Counted from the stretch's first letter, positions 1 to 10,443 are shown. The stretch: DNA of 64,000 nucleotides from Nitrosopumilaceae archaeon (GCA_965214835.1 CBDCCK010000002.1:352001-416000), one strand, 5' to 3'. Numbers and translations are program-made. The notes: generated from the letters alone by a model not told the origin.

Positions 1-1696
1 GCCTGTTTGGGCTTGCCTCGCCCAGAATCAGGATCGGATCATTGGTCTTGTAGATGTCCTTTGTAGTTGACAGCTGGATATCGTTCCTCTCGTATTCCAG
101 TCCCACCGCGAACACCTCTGTGGCCTTGGAATTGGCCCTGCCAAATATGAGCGTGTATGCCCCCGACGAGTACCCGTCTAGATCCAGTACGTACTCTAGC
201 CTTCCATTCGGCTGCAGGACAACTCTGCTGTCTGTAAACGTTTCCCTGTCTGACGGATCGACTACTACCAGTGACAGAGTCGCTGAGGGCGGCCCGTCAA
301 TCAGTATGACGGCGTCCTCTGATTTTTTATAGTTTAGCTTGTCTAGCTTTACAAATATGTTCTCCTTTGGCAGTTCCCCTAGCCCAGCAACTATGATTTC
401 CGTGTTGTCTGCCTGCTTTGCAATCAGGACATATGTTCCCTCGCGTGACGATTGCTCTGTCTGGTATGCAAACTCTACAAACCCGTCATCGCCGGTATCC
501 TTTATGGCGGAGATCACCTCCGAACCCTGCGGGTTTTCCAAGACAAACTCTATTGCCTGGCCGGGCCTTGCCGTTCCGTTGAAGACCATCACATCGCCGG
601 GCTCGAACTTTAGCATTGCAGGCTCTATCCTGATGGTCTTTGATGACTCTATCCTCCACGTTCTCTCAACTGTACTGGTACCATCTGTGATCACCATGTC
701 GTATTCTCCAAAGACTGCGTCCTGCTGAATCAGAGTCTCAAATGCCCATCTGCCCTCGGCGTCTACCTGCCGCGGCTCTGACGTGATGATGCCTCCTCCG
801 GGCCCCAGTATTTCCACCGTTACTGCACCCCCGGGAGCAGCCGTCCCCGAAATTCTCAGGACATCCCCCCTGTGCATCACTTCTGGCAGCCCGCCAGCTG
901 TTAGTGGAACGCTTTCCGTGCGGCTCATCCTGTTGTTCTCCTCTCCCACGCGCAGGCTCACCCTACTTTCGTTTCCGTCAGAGTCCCTCACTGCAAAATC
1001 CACTCTGGAGGGGCTGAGCGTTTCTGGAATCTTGCTAGTCACTACAAAGTTTCCCTGATCATTTGTTTCAAATGTAGCAGTCCTCTGCCCGTCTATGTAG
1101 AGGTCCAATACCTCGTTTGAAGCAAAGCTCATACCTATGACCCTTATCGTATCGCCAACCTTTGGCTTGTCCGGGATCAGCCTGAACGTGGAGGAATCAA
1201 AAATCGCACCCGTCTTTACAGGGTCTACCGCCGGGTCAACACCTTGGCCTGTCCCCGGGTCAACCACGTCCGCATCCGTCCCGGCCGGGACATTCAGATC
1301 CTCTGGCTGGGATACGCCGATGCCAACCTGCCTGTCTGACGCATCCAATACCTTCCAGTTAACGTTTGATTTTGCCCTGTCCGCCTTTAGTCCGAATTTT
1401 ACGGCCTCACCTGGCTTGAGCGCCGTATCTGCCGTGAACGCCACGACTCCCACCGAGTTCTTCTTGCCGGTCCAGCCCTCCTCGCTCTTAAACGACTCCA
1501 TCTCCACGCCGGAGGGCAGCCAGATCCTAACCTCGTTTAGATCCTGACTCGATATATTTTCAAACTCAATTATCGTCGTCCTGTCGAATCCTGTACTGCT
1601 GACTCGCACGTCAGGGGACTGTGCGCCTGCATCAGGAATCATGGGATCTGCAGCCATAAAAAGCAGCAGCAGCGAGAAGGACAGCCCTGCCGTCAT
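1..1696 (-). CDS. Large secreted/surface protein (thaumarchaeal 'biofilm-associated'-like, Ig-like repeats), 3' end outside window
   Basis: Reverse strand reads MTAGLSFSLLLLFMAADPMIPDAGAQSPDVRVSSTGFDRTTIIEFEN (signal peptide, then beta-rich sequence). It is missing from the ORF track, presumably because there is no stop before the window edge. The overlapping + ORFs are antisense shadows. Confidence 0.7.
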   Translation of the reverse strand, partial: MTAGLSFSLLLLFMAADPMIPDAGAQSPDVRVSSTGFDRTTIIEFENISSQDLNEVRIWLPSGVEMESFKSEEGWTGKKNSVGVVAFTADTALKPGEAVKFGLKADRAKSNVNWKVLDASDRQVGIGVSQPEDLNVPAGTDADVVDPGTGQGVDPAVDPVKTGAIFDSSTFRLIPDKPKVGDTIRVIGMSFASNEVLDLYIDGQRTATFETNDQGNFVVTSKIPETLSPSRVDFAVRDSDGNESRVSLRVGEENNRMSRTESVPLTAGGLPEVMHRGDVLRISGTAAPGGAVTVEILGPGGGIITSEPRQVDAEGRWAFETLIQQDAVFGEYDMVITDGTSTVERTWRIESSKTIRIEPAMLKFEPGDVMVFNGTARPGQAIEFVLENPQGSEVISAIKDTGDDGFVEFAYQTEQSSREGTYVLIAKQADNTEIIVAGLGELPKENIFVKLDKLNYKKSEDAVILIDGPPSATLSLVVVDPSDRETFTDSRVVLQPNGRLEYVLDLDGYSSGAYTLIFGRANSKATEVFAVGLEYERNDIQLSTTKDIYKTNDPILILGEASPNR

Positions 1697-1795
1697 GGCC
1701 GTGTGCCTAGCTTTCACTGGTCTTCCACCCTGCAGTGATTTTTTTTCGCGTTGATATTTCTTTGTTGCATGTCTTCCAGTCCTCATAAGCGTTGA

Positions 1796-3889
1796 TCAGT
1801 TTTTTGCCTTTGCCCTCCTTGACTCTTCGGCTCCCTCTATATTATTCTCATGCTGCCTGATTCTCTCTGCAATCATCCTGTACAGCGATCTGAACCTGTC
1901 CTTTGTCTTGTCTGACAAAAAGTCAGCCTGGCCCAGTGAAATCTTCTCGCAGATATACCTGGTAATCTCCTCATTATCGAATCTGCCCCACTCGTCTTCG
2001 TGGTGCTCGTCCCAGATCTCCTTGAGGTTCTCTATGATCCCCTTGTTGTTTTTTGCAAGAACCTCCTTGGAAGTCAGGTTTGAAAATCCCTCCGTCCTTA
2101 GCTTGATCTCATATGTCTGGTTAACTGCGTGCAGATAGTCCTCAAGCATGATATAGTCCTCCATTGACTCCAACGTCTTTCCCTCCCTCTCAAAAAATAT
2201 TGTCTGTGACTTTGAGAACTTGTTGGCCTCCAGCTGTGCAGAAATCTGCTTTGACTCGTCCGTGTTGTCCAGCAAGATAAACGTCCTGTATCCGTGCTTT
2301 TGATAAAAAATCGCCAGCGGCAAAACAGAGTTCTTGCTGTGCGCCGTAACGACGTTTAGCGGATTCATGGAAATGTTTGGATCCTGAAGGAACTTGTCGA
2401 ACGCATTTAGGTACATCGAGTCTGACATCGTCTCTACTATGATTACAGGCCTTGAGTTTGTCCCAATCTCCCTGTCCGTCATCGCCTCCACGTTTCCCCG
2501 TGACAGCCCGTACAGGATAGGCGTGAGTGTCTTATCATCTGCGTTCCAATAGTCATAGAAAATCCTGCTCAGGTGCTTTCTTTTGTCTAACTCGACCACC
2601 AGGAGATTTCCCGGCGTATAGTCAAAAATCATGAATGGTGAGTGTGTTGCATACAGTACTTGGTTTGAACCTGCTAGGTTCCTGAGCAGGTCTGAGATTC
2701 CCATCTGCTGTGTGGGGTGCAGGTTTCTTGCAGGCTCGTCTAGCAGCAAGATTGCCTCCTTTAGCTCGGCCCTCTGAGTCTCAGCTGCAAAGTTTACAAT
2801 AAACGAAAACGTCCATTTGAAGCCCTCTGCCCTTCGGTTCAGCAGTCCCGTATTGGTTACTGTCCCGTCCCTGTGCACGTCGGAGATTACCACGCTCATT
2901 ATGTTTCCCGGATTGTACCTCAGGTCAACGTGGATGGGATCCCCCTTCCATGCGGGGTTTAGCCTGCTTGTTAGCCTGTTGCTTGCAGTATGCAGGTATT
3001 TTATCATTTTTGAGGGGCTGTCGTTTAGTGCCTCAAGCTCGGCAACGTCCAGCTCGGCCAAATAGAACAGATTCCTGACCGTCTCTGCCTTGTCGAACTC
3101 CTCTACGAACTCTATTGCGTTTGCCCTCTGCCCCGCAGCCTCCCTGACGAATTCGTTGAGGTTTATGTTTCCGTAAATCTTCTTATAGTCTGAAAAATAA
3201 ACAAACCTTGGGTGCAGCTCGCCCTCAATAAAATTCTCCAACATGTTCCGCTCTGTCTTGCCGCTAAGCAGACTGGAAAACTGGCTTTCGGGGTCTCTGT
3301 AGATTTTTTCCCACTCTGTAACCGCCTGGGGCTCTTGCATTGCAACGACATGAAACCTGTTGCTGAATTCTGCCATCCTGCCGTCGAACACCTCTTTGGT
3401 TTTTGGTGGCGGACCCTCAAAGAACCCTGCATCAAGCTGGATTTTAAGGTGGTTTGGGATCGTATCCAGGAACTCCCTTATCTTCCCGCAGAAGTTCTCC
3501 CATGAGTTTAGTGCAGAGTTTTCCTCATCACTGACCTCCGTATCTGGAAACTCGTACTGTACCTTTTGACTCTTGTTTGTCCTGAACAGGCGCAGGTTCT
3601 TGATTTCTGGCACCTTGGGGAATTTGTCCTTGATTATGCTGCGCTCGTTCTCGTTGAGGTCAAATTCCCCCTCCGCCAGTCTGATTTCCTGCTTCAAATC
3701 CTCGGACATCTCATCACAAAGATCCAAGTCTGAGACCTTTTCATCCTTGTTTAACAGTGTCAGCGCCTGTAAAATGGTGGTTTTTCCGCTTTCATTTCTC
3801 CCAACAAATGCAGCAAGATCCCCAACGTTGATCTCCCCTGAATCATGAATACACCTGTATGCCCTGACTCTGAATTTTCGAAGTCTCAT
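1796..3889 (-). CDS. OLD-family ABC/AAA ATPase with TOPRIM-like C-terminal region (ATP-dependent nuclease-like)
   Basis: Walker A GRNESGKTT, Walker B LLLDEP, H-loop ATHSPF, then IIVETMSD and ILLDN TOPRIM-like motifs. Confidence 0.85.
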   Translation of the reverse strand: MRLRKFRVRAYRCIHDSGEINVGDLAAFVGRNESGKTTILQALTLLNKDEKVSDLDLCDEMSEDLKQEIRLAEGEFDLNENERSIIKDKFPKVPEIKNLRLFRTNKSQKVQYEFPDTEVSDEENSALNSWENFCGKIREFLDTIPNHLKIQLDAGFFEGPPPKTKEVFDGRMAEFSNRFHVVAMQEPQAVTEWEKIYRDPESQFSSLLSGKTERNMLENFIEGELHPRFVYFSDYKKIYGNINLNEFVREAAGQRANAIEFVEEFDKAETVRNLFYLAELDVAELEALNDSPSKMIKYLHTASNRLTSRLNPAWKGDPIHVDLRYNPGNIMSVVISDVHRDGTVTNTGLLNRRAEGFKWTFSFIVNFAAETQRAELKEAILLLDEPARNLHPTQQMGISDLLRNLAGSNQVLYATHSPFMIFDYTPGNLLVVELDKRKHLSRIFYDYWNADDKTLTPILYGLSRGNVEAMTDREIGTNSRPVIIVETMSDSMYLNAFDKFLQDPNISMNPLNVVTAHSKNSVLPLAIFYQKHGYRTFILLDNTDESKQISAQLEANKFSKSQTIFFEREGKTLESMEDYIMLEDYLHAVNQTYEIKLRTEGFSNLTSKEVLAKNNKGIIENLKEIWDEHHEDEWGRFDNEEITRYICEKISLGQADFLSDKTKDRFRSLYRMIAERIRQHENNIEGAEESRRAKAKN

Positions 3890-4104
3890 CTAGCGATAAT
3901 TGGATGGCTGCGATTTAACTCATTCGTCACAATGATACAACCCAAATCCAACTAATCTGCCAAAATGTAAGAGGTTACCCCTAGTCTGCCCTGCCGGCCA
4001 GGATCCTTGTGGCCATGTCCCCCCACGCCGTATGGTCAGAAAGGGGTAGGACTCGCGCCAAAATCTGACAAATAGATATATGGGCTCATTGAAACTAAAA
4101 CAGG

Positions 4105-4563
4105 GTGGCACGTGGAGTCGCATATCTTGTATTTTTGATACCCATAGTAATCTCAATACCCATTGCTGCATACGTCCTGTATGATATTGTATCCCAGCCC
4201 GGACGCGAGTTAAGCATGATGCCGGGGTCTGCAAGCACCGTGCATTCTAGCTCTGTGATTGATTTTGTCGGCATTGCTTCTAGCTATTCTACAAACGATC
4301 CCCTGAACATCAAGGCAAAAATCTTCGATGCCAGCTTTGACTGCGGCGACGTATACATTACGATTTATGACTCAGCAGACAACGCTGTTTCCCAAAGCGC
4401 GTTTTTTGATCAATGCTTCAGTAAAAACCAGTCCATAGTCCCCGTCGATGGGCAATTCTCTGACTCTGTTGCTGACGCAGGAAAATACCAAGTTGTCTTG
4501 GAAGTACTAGACAGGAACCAAAAGCATACAGAGTCTGCATCCGTGGTGATAAACGTAATTTAG
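4105..4563 (+). CDS. Membrane-anchored hypothetical protein
   Basis: 152-aa ORF with N-terminal hydrophobic helix and beta-rich C-terminal domain. Confidence 0.7.
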   Translation: MARGVAYLVFLIPIVISIPIAAYVLYDIVSQPGRELSMMPGSASTVHSSSVIDFVGIASSYSTNDPLNIKAKIFDASFDCGDVYITIYDSADNAVSQSAFFDQCFSKNQSIVPVDGQFSDSVADAGKYQVVLEVLDRNQKHTESASVVINVI

Positions 4564-4574
4564 GTGAATGTCTG

Positions 4575-6009
4575 GTGGCAATAAAAGACAGTCTTGCTGA
4601 AGAGGCCGAGCAAATCAAAAAGGAGCTGGCAGTACTAAAAGAAAAGAAAAAGCAACTAGACAAAAAACCCGCCAAAAAGGCAGAGCCAAAGAAGGTAACA
4701 AAGGATACTAAAAAACCCGCCAAAAAGGCAGAACCAAAAAAGCCCGATCCCAAGAGACTCACAAAGGCAGAACCAAAGGCAAAGGATGCCAAAAAGACGG
4801 CCAAAAAACCAGAGCCAAAAAAGACTACAAAGGACACCAAAAAGTCAGAGCAAAAAAAAGAACCTGAGCCCGGGAGCCTCAAAAAACCAGAGCCAAAAAA
4901 GACTACAAAGGACACCAAAAAGTCAGAGCAAAAAAAAGAACCTGAGCCCGGGAGCCTCAAAAAACCAGAGCCAAAAAAGACTACAAAGGACACCAAAAAG
5001 TCAGAGCAAAAAAAAGTCGTAAAGGATACCAAAAAGACGGCCAAAAAACCAGAGCCAAAAAAGACTACAAAGGACACCAAAAAGTCAGAGCAAAAAAAAG
5101 TCGTAAAGGATACCAAAAAGACGGCCAAAAAACCAGAGCCAAAAAAGACTACAAAGGACACCAAAAAGTCAGAGCAAAAAAAAGTCGTAAAGGATAAAGC
5201 CAAAAAGTGCCAAAAAGACGGCCAAAAAACCAGAGCCAAAAAAGACTACAAAGGACACCAAAAAGTCAGAGCAAAAAAAAGTCGTAAAGGATACCAAAAA
5301 GACGGCCAAAAAACCAGAGCCAAAAAAGACTACAAAGGACACCAAAAAGTCAGAGCAAAAAAAAGTCGTAAAGGATGCCAAAAAGACGGCCAAAAAACCA
5401 GAGCCAAAAAAGACTACAAAGGACACCAAAAAGTCAGAGCAAAAAAAAGTCGTAAAGGATGCCAAAAAGACGGCCAAAAAACCAGAGCCAAAGGAGGCAA
5501 AGCCCAAGAGACTAACAAAGGCAGAGCAGAAAAGATTAGAAAAGGAACAGGAGGAGGCAAAAAAGGCAGCAGAACGTACCCTTGAGGAGGAGTTGGAGGA
5601 ACAGCTCACAGAGGAGGAGATCGAGAACTTTCAAATCGAAAAGATGGATATGGAAAAGCTGATTAACAAGGTAAGCGAGATCGTCGCCACGTTTGAGCTG
5701 GAGGGAATGATGCAAAGCGCGCTTTGGAAAAAACTAAAGCTTTCCAGCCGGGACGGCTCACGGCTGGCACTCAAGCTAGAGCGCAGGGGGATTATTACCC
5801 GGGAAAAAATGCTGGAAAAGGGCAGGTGGACTTACAAGCTAATCATCAAAAAAACCCCCGTCAGCACCCAGTCCATTGAAAACGCGCCCTGTCTGGTGTG
5901 TCCTGTAGAACAAAAGTGCTCAGTAGACAGCGAGATCAGTCCGCGTACCTGCCAGTTTATCGAGGACTGGGTTCTTGCAGAGATAAAAAAGCCAAAGAAG
6001 GCGAAATGA
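4575..6009 (+). CDS. Lys-rich repeat protein with C-terminal winged-helix and Cys4 domain (putative transcriptional regulator), frameshifted near 5195-5207
   Basis: The 4575 frame encodes KKPEPKKTTKDTKKSEQKK repeats. After a 13-bp insertion the same repeats continue in the frame of the 5593-6009 ORF (wHTH QSALWKKLKLSSRDGSRLALKLERRG, CLVCPVEQKC..C). Confidence 0.8.
4789..5490 (+). repeat. Coding tandem repeat array, about 8 units of 78-84 bp
   Basis: Near-identical units ccaaaaagacggccaaaaaaccagagccaaaaaagactacaaaggacaccaaaaagtcagagcaaaaaaaagtcgtaaaggata, e.g. at 5029 and 5113 (84-bp period). Confidence 0.95.
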
Positions 6010-6599
6010 GGCCGCACGAGGCCCGTCGTGATCATTACCGGAGACTGGCAAGGGAGCAGGGATTTCGCAGCAGGGCAGCATACAAACTAAAGGAGCTAAA
6101 CAAATCGTATAGGATCATCGGCCCCGGATTCTACGTCCTGGATCTGGGGTGCGCCCCCGGCGGCTGGACCCAGGTGGCAGCAAAGCTGGTCGGAAACCAA
6201 GGAAGGGTGATGGGAGTAGATAAATCGTACGTGGAGGAGATCGAGGGCGCCCGAATCATACGTGAGGATGTCGCCGATGAGGGAATTGTTGATGAGATCG
6301 CCGAGTATTTTGGCAGGAAGGTTGACGCGGTAATCTGCGACCTGTCCCCCCAGGTTACCGGAAACTGGTCCGTGGATCACGCGGTCCAAATCTCGCTGAA
6401 CTACGACTGTGTCAAAATACTGGACAGGGTCCTCGGATTCAAGGGAAATGCACTGTTCAAGGTGTTTGACGGCGAGTACTCTGCGGAGTTTCGCGACTTT
6501 TTGAGGAAAAAGTTTGCCAGGGTAAAGCTGACAAAGCCCAAGGCGAGCAGAAAGCCTAGCAGCGAGCTGTATTTTGTCTGTCTGGGCTACCTGGACTGA
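6006..6599 (+). CDS. rlmE: 23S rRNA 2'-O-methyltransferase RlmE/FtsJ
   Basis: FRSRAAYKLKE, VLDLGCAPGGW, KPKASRKPSSELY motifs. ATG at 6006. Confidence 0.93.
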   Translation: MRPHEARRDHYRRLAREQGFRSRAAYKLKELNKSYRIIGPGFYVLDLGCAPGGWTQVAAKLVGNQGRVMGVDKSYVEEIEGARIIREDVADEGIVDEIAEYFGRKVDAVICDLSPQVTGNWSVDHAVQISLNYDCVKILDRVLGFKGNALFKVFDGEYSAEFRDFLRKKFARVKLTKPKASRKPSSELYFVCLGYLD

Positions 6600-7735
6600 C
6601 CTGCAAACATCCTCTTGATCTCGTCAACCGGCGCGTCTGTCTTGAATCCGGTCGGATCAAATGCAGTCGGGCTTGCAGCAAATCCGCCGCCTGTCAGCAG
6701 CCTTACGGCCTCGTCAAGCCCTATCGGTGATGCCCCCATCTCCGAGGCAATCTCGTCTAGCGTATAGTACGAGGCCGGCATGTCTGCCTCCAAGACGGCG
6801 GTGGAGAGGATCCTTTCACACCTCTTGTGGACCTTGAGGTGCCCCGACTCCCTGATCATCCTCTCCAGAAACTCCCTTTCATGCAGCCTTCCAATCCATA
6901 GCGGGCCTGAAAGCTTTACCGCCGAGCCGCACAGCCTGCAGGCCACCTGATGCCGGCTTGTGGCCCCCCTGTCCTTGCAGCTCTCACAGTGGGTGATGTA
7001 TCCGATGTTTTCCTCCTGATCCGGCCTGTTTAGAACCCTTACAAAGACCCTGTAGTAGTGCATGTCGCTTTCTGCAAACAGCGGCACGATCTCAATGTCC
7101 ATCCTGGCGGCAATGTGCCTCATGCACCCCAGAACCAACCTTATGGCAGTCTCGTCTCCGTATTGGGTACGGACCGGAGCTCCCCCGTATCGACGCATGC
7201 ACGCGTTCTGGAACAACCCGTTGAGGACCTGCAGATCCGTCGCCGTCACGGCCAGAATCCCGCCGTGCATGGTGGCACGGATTCCACAGTCGATGAACCT
7301 TGCAGGCGAGCCAAACGGATCAATGTCGACCATCGAGGCGCGCTCGTTCCTTTTTGAAAAGTCGCTGCACAGCCTGCAGGCCTCCTTTTCTGTAATCTCG
7401 ACGTTCTCAAGACCGTTGAGTCGGGCAGATTTTTTTGCCAGCTCTAACGCACCGGGGTTTAGATCATTGATGACCACCCTCTCCACCTGCAGCTCGTTTG
7501 CCACCCTCAGTCCACGTGATCCCAGGCCTGACATGCAATCGACGAAAATCTTTGGGCCGTGAAAACCCTTCACAAAGGCAGAGTATGCGAGCATTGAAAG
7601 ATCCCGGTTCATCCTGGCCCTTGGGTTAAAAAACGCAGGTTCTGTGGGCGGGGATTTCTCGGTGACTGACTTTTCTGGCACGAGGATCCTAGTGGTGCCC
7701 TCTGTGATCTCGACTATCCTGTGACCCTTTTGCAT
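6587..7735 (-). CDS. trm1: tRNA (guanine26-N2)-dimethyltransferase Trm1
   Basis: AFFNPRARMNRDLS, DIDPFGSP, AVTATD, GPLWIGRLH motifs. Confidence 0.93.
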   Translation of the reverse strand: MQKGHRIVEITEGTTRILVPEKSVTEKSPPTEPAFFNPRARMNRDLSMLAYSAFVKGFHGPKIFVDCMSGLGSRGLRVANELQVERVVINDLNPGALELAKKSARLNGLENVEITEKEACRLCSDFSKRNERASMVDIDPFGSPARFIDCGIRATMHGGILAVTATDLQVLNGLFQNACMRRYGGAPVRTQYGDETAIRLVLGCMRHIAARMDIEIVPLFAESDMHYYRVFVRVLNRPDQEENIGYITHCESCKDRGATSRHQVACRLCGSAVKLSGPLWIGRLHEREFLERMIRESGHLKVHKRCERILSTAVLEADMPASYYTLDEIASEMGASPIGLDEAVRLLTGGGFAASPTAFDPTGFKTDAPVDEIKRMFAGQSR

Positions 7736-7795
7736 TTTTTTTACAAGTTTTTTTCATCTGCATGGTTTAATACCTGTTCTCCCAGAGTCAGAGCC

Positions 7796-8413
7796 GTGCT
7801 GGTTTGCGGAGTCGATGAGGCAGGTAGGGGCTCTATGCTCGGGCCTCTTGTAATTGCCGGCGTCTCCATTCCCAAGTCCAAAATCAGAAAACTGTCCTCT
7901 ATGGGGGTAAGGGACTCCAAAAAGCTATCTGCAAAACGGCGCGTGCAGCTATACAAGAAAATCATCGAGTTTGCCGATGACTATTACGTCTCAAAAATCA
8001 ACCCCAGAACCATTGATCGCAGCGTTCACAAGCACGAGCTGAACAGCCTTGAGGCCAAGTACATGGCCAGGGTGATCACAAGGCTCCGGCCCGACGTCTC
8101 ATATGTCGACTCTTGTGATGTCAACCCCAAGAGATTCGGGCGTGAGGTCTCCCGGCTCTCAAGGAACAACAAGGTCCGCTCTTACCACAAGGCGGATTCA
8201 AAGTACGTGATAGTGTCTGCGGCCTCAATCATTGCAAAGGTCAGCCGTGACAGGGAGATATCGCGCCTGAACAAAAAGCACGACGTGGGAAGCGGATATC
8301 CCTCCGACTCCAAGACCGTCAAGTTTGTCAGGGACTATATCGGTGAGAACAGCTCAGTCCCCCCGTTTGTGAGGGCCAGCTGGAGGCCTGTCCGGACCAT
8401 GCTCAACCCTTAG
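7796..8413 (+). CDS. rnhB: Ribonuclease HII
   Basis: CGVDEAGRG, RDSKKL, SAASIIAKVSRD, GSGYPSD. GTG start at 7796. Confidence 0.95.
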   Translation: MLVCGVDEAGRGSMLGPLVIAGVSIPKSKIRKLSSMGVRDSKKLSAKRRVQLYKKIIEFADDYYVSKINPRTIDRSVHKHELNSLEAKYMARVITRLRPDVSYVDSCDVNPKRFGREVSRLSRNNKVRSYHKADSKYVIVSAASIIAKVSRDREISRLNKKHDVGSGYPSDSKTVKFVRDYIGENSSVPPFVRASWRPVRTMLNP

Positions 8414-9074
8414 CCCTTGCAACCACCATCGCATGATCCCTGTCGTACGGGTACAGGTTCAGTGTCTGAAGAATCTCAAACTTGCCCTTGAGCTTCTCCT
8501 CCTCCATCCTCACAACCCTCCTGGGCGATTTTGTGACGTCTATGCTTCTTGTCTTGATCACCAGAAACAAGAATCCCCTGGGCTTTAGAAACCTGTCACA
8601 GTTTGCAATCGTAATCTCTGTCTGATCGGGCTGTGCAATGTCTGCATAGACTATGTCCACCCTGCCATAGACCGAAAAGTACTCCCCTGGGCGCCTTGCA
8701 TCCTGCATGATTGGAATGACGTTTGGCCTGTGGTCTACCACCCTGTCAATCAGATCCCTTGCAACCCTGCTTGCATGCTCTACTGCAAAGATAACCCCGT
8801 TTGGGCCCAGTATGTCCGACAGGTGGCTCACCGTGGTGCCCGTCGACGCACCAAGATACAGCACAGCAGACCTTGTCTTGAAGGGAAAGTCATCCAGTCC
8901 GTTCATGATGGCAGCTGCAAGCTTGCTTCTAAACGGATCCCATACCCTGTATTCTGTCCCCTTTTTGCTGACCAGCCTTTCCCTATATACCTGGTTTCCC
9001 GGAACCAGGTTTTCAGTGGCCAGTCTTTTCTCTCCTTCTGAGCGTATCCAGAAAAAGCCCTCAGCGTCTTCCAA
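8403..9074 (-). CDS. flpA: Fibrillarin-like rRNA/tRNA 2'-O-methyltransferase
   Basis: YRVWDPFRSKLAA, VLYLGASTGTTVSH, DIAQPDQ, LYPYDRDH. Probable TTG start at 9074. Confidence 0.93.
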   Translation of the reverse strand: MEDAEGFFWIRSEGEKRLATENLVPGNQVYRERLVSKKGTEYRVWDPFRSKLAAAIMNGLDDFPFKTRSAVLYLGASTGTTVSHLSDILGPNGVIFAVEHASRVARDLIDRVVDHRPNVIPIMQDARRPGEYFSVYGRVDIVYADIAQPDQTEITIANCDRFLKPRGFLFLVIKTRSIDVTKSPRRVVRMEEEKLKGKFEILQTLNLYPYDRDHAMVVARAKG

Positions 9075-10443
9075 ATCTCTTTCTCGACTTGCCCCTGGAT
9101 CTGCTGCCGCCCCTTGGGCCACTGTCTCCCGGCCCGCTCCTGCCAAAGCAGCTGCTGCAGTATACCGGCCTGTCCTGGCTTGGCTTGAACGGCAGCTCGC
9201 ACTCTGCACCGCACTCATCGCATGCTGCCCTGTGTACCGGACGCCTGCCGCCCCCTGTCCTTCTGCCGCCCCCGGAGCTCCTTCCAAACCTTGGGCTCCT
9301 GTCGCCGAATCTCTGCGGATCCTTTTTTGCCGGCTCGCTGTATTTTTTGCCGATTTCGTTCACCCTTACGCTCAGCTTTTCAAGTAATGTGTCGTTGAGT
9401 CCCCCTCCGTACACGTCAACCCTGGCTGCAATCGCCGCCTTTGCAGCGACCGCCCTTGCAATCTTTCCCCTCTGCCATCTGGGCGCCGAATGAACCATGG
9501 CGTGCTGGAACAGCAAACCGTGCTTTGGCGGTTGCGAGCCCGTCTTTAGCGCCCTGAATAGCGCCTTTTCTGCCCCTAGTACCTGGATGGTGCTTGCAGG
9601 AAGCGATGCCAGTTTTTTCAGGCTGCCGGCCCTTGCAAGCAATCTGGCACCCACCGCATCCCCCAGTATCGCTGACAGGTTTGGAGCAATCGCTTTCATC
9701 TGCTCCCCTAGGTGCTCCTCTAGGTTCCTTCTTAGCTGATGCATTTCCAGAATCTGCCTGGCCAGGCCCTGCACCATTGCAAGGTTTTCCCTTGAGATGT
9801 CTCCCCCCTTGCTTTTTTCCTGTACTAGCGTAAGCATCTCCACCTTGGATTCTGGAAACCCCGCATCCTCAAATGTTGATCTTGTCAGATCCTCCCTTTT
9901 TCCTGCCATGACGACCTGGGAATACCCGTTTATGCTGTCGATTAGGTTGTCCAACTCGGGAAAGTGCAGTCCGTACCATTCCCGCAGCCTGGAGCTTAGC
10001 ACATTGGCGATTTTATCAGCCTCGTCTAGAGAATTGATCGCCTGAATCACGTGCAGGTCTGCCCTCTCCGACGTCTCTGCAACCTTGCTGGATGACAATG
10101 ATACTGCAAAGTCTCGCAGCTTGCCCAGCGCATCCATTGGATCCTGTGCAAACTGCGCATCGACTAGCAGCTGGGGCTTTTTTGACTGTATTTCCTCCAT
10201 CTGGGATTCCTCCATCAGCTTGGCATCAAGATCCTTTTTCTTTAGAATAGACAGCAGTGATTCGTCGCTTACGGCAAACCCCATCTGCAGCTCCTCCATG
10301 TATCTGACCAAGTCGTTTGGGACGCCCTCCTTGCCTTTTACGGCCAGATACTGCCCCAGGGAGTCTGAGAATGGAAATGTCCTAGCTATGCTGCCTCCGT
10401 CTGAGACGATAATTCCCAGCTCTGTCAGAATCACAGAATGCAT
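9061..10443 (-). CDS. nop5: C/D box sRNP protein Nop5 (Nop56/58) with C-terminal CxxC-x17-CxxC zinc ribbon
   Basis: REWYGLHFPEL, PASTIQVLGAEKALF, PKHGLLFQH, RGKIAR motifs. Adjacent to fibrillarin. Confidence 0.93.
   Translation of the reverse strand: MHSVILTELGIIVSDGGSIARTFPFSDSLGQYLAVKGKEGVPNDLVRYMEELQMGFAVSDESLLSILKKKDLDAKLMEESQMEEIQSKKPQLLVDAQFAQDPMDALGKLRDFAVSLSSSKVAETSERADLHVIQAINSLDEADKIANVLSSRLREWYGLHFPELDNLIDSINGYSQVVMAGKREDLTRSTFEDAGFPESKVEMLTLVQEKSKGGDISRENLAMVQGLARQILEMHQLRRNLEEHLGEQMKAIAPNLSAILGDAVGARLLARAGSLKKLASLPASTIQVLGAEKALFRALKTGSQPPKHGLLFQHAMVHSAPRWQRGKIARAVAAKAAIAARVDVYGGGLNDTLLEKLSVRVNEIGKKYSEPAKKDPQRFGDRSPRFGRSSGGGRRTGGGRRPVHRAACDECGAECELPFKPSQDRPVYCSSCFGRSGPGDSGPRGGSRSRGKSRKRFGRR

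Noticed and set aside
54-1547. Plus-strand ORFs in the track
   Set aside because: They are antisense shadows of the minus-strand surface protein gene. The same applies to most long ORFs overlapping ureC, rpoA/B and the transporters.
1796-3889. OLD-family ATPase as a Gabija/PARIS-type defence system
   Set aside because: No partner helicase or toxin is adjacent, and it sits among apparent core genes
4789-5490. Possible CRISPR array
   Set aside because: The units are contiguous, have lengths that are multiples of 3, lack unique spacers and encode a Lys-rich peptide. No cas genes in the window.
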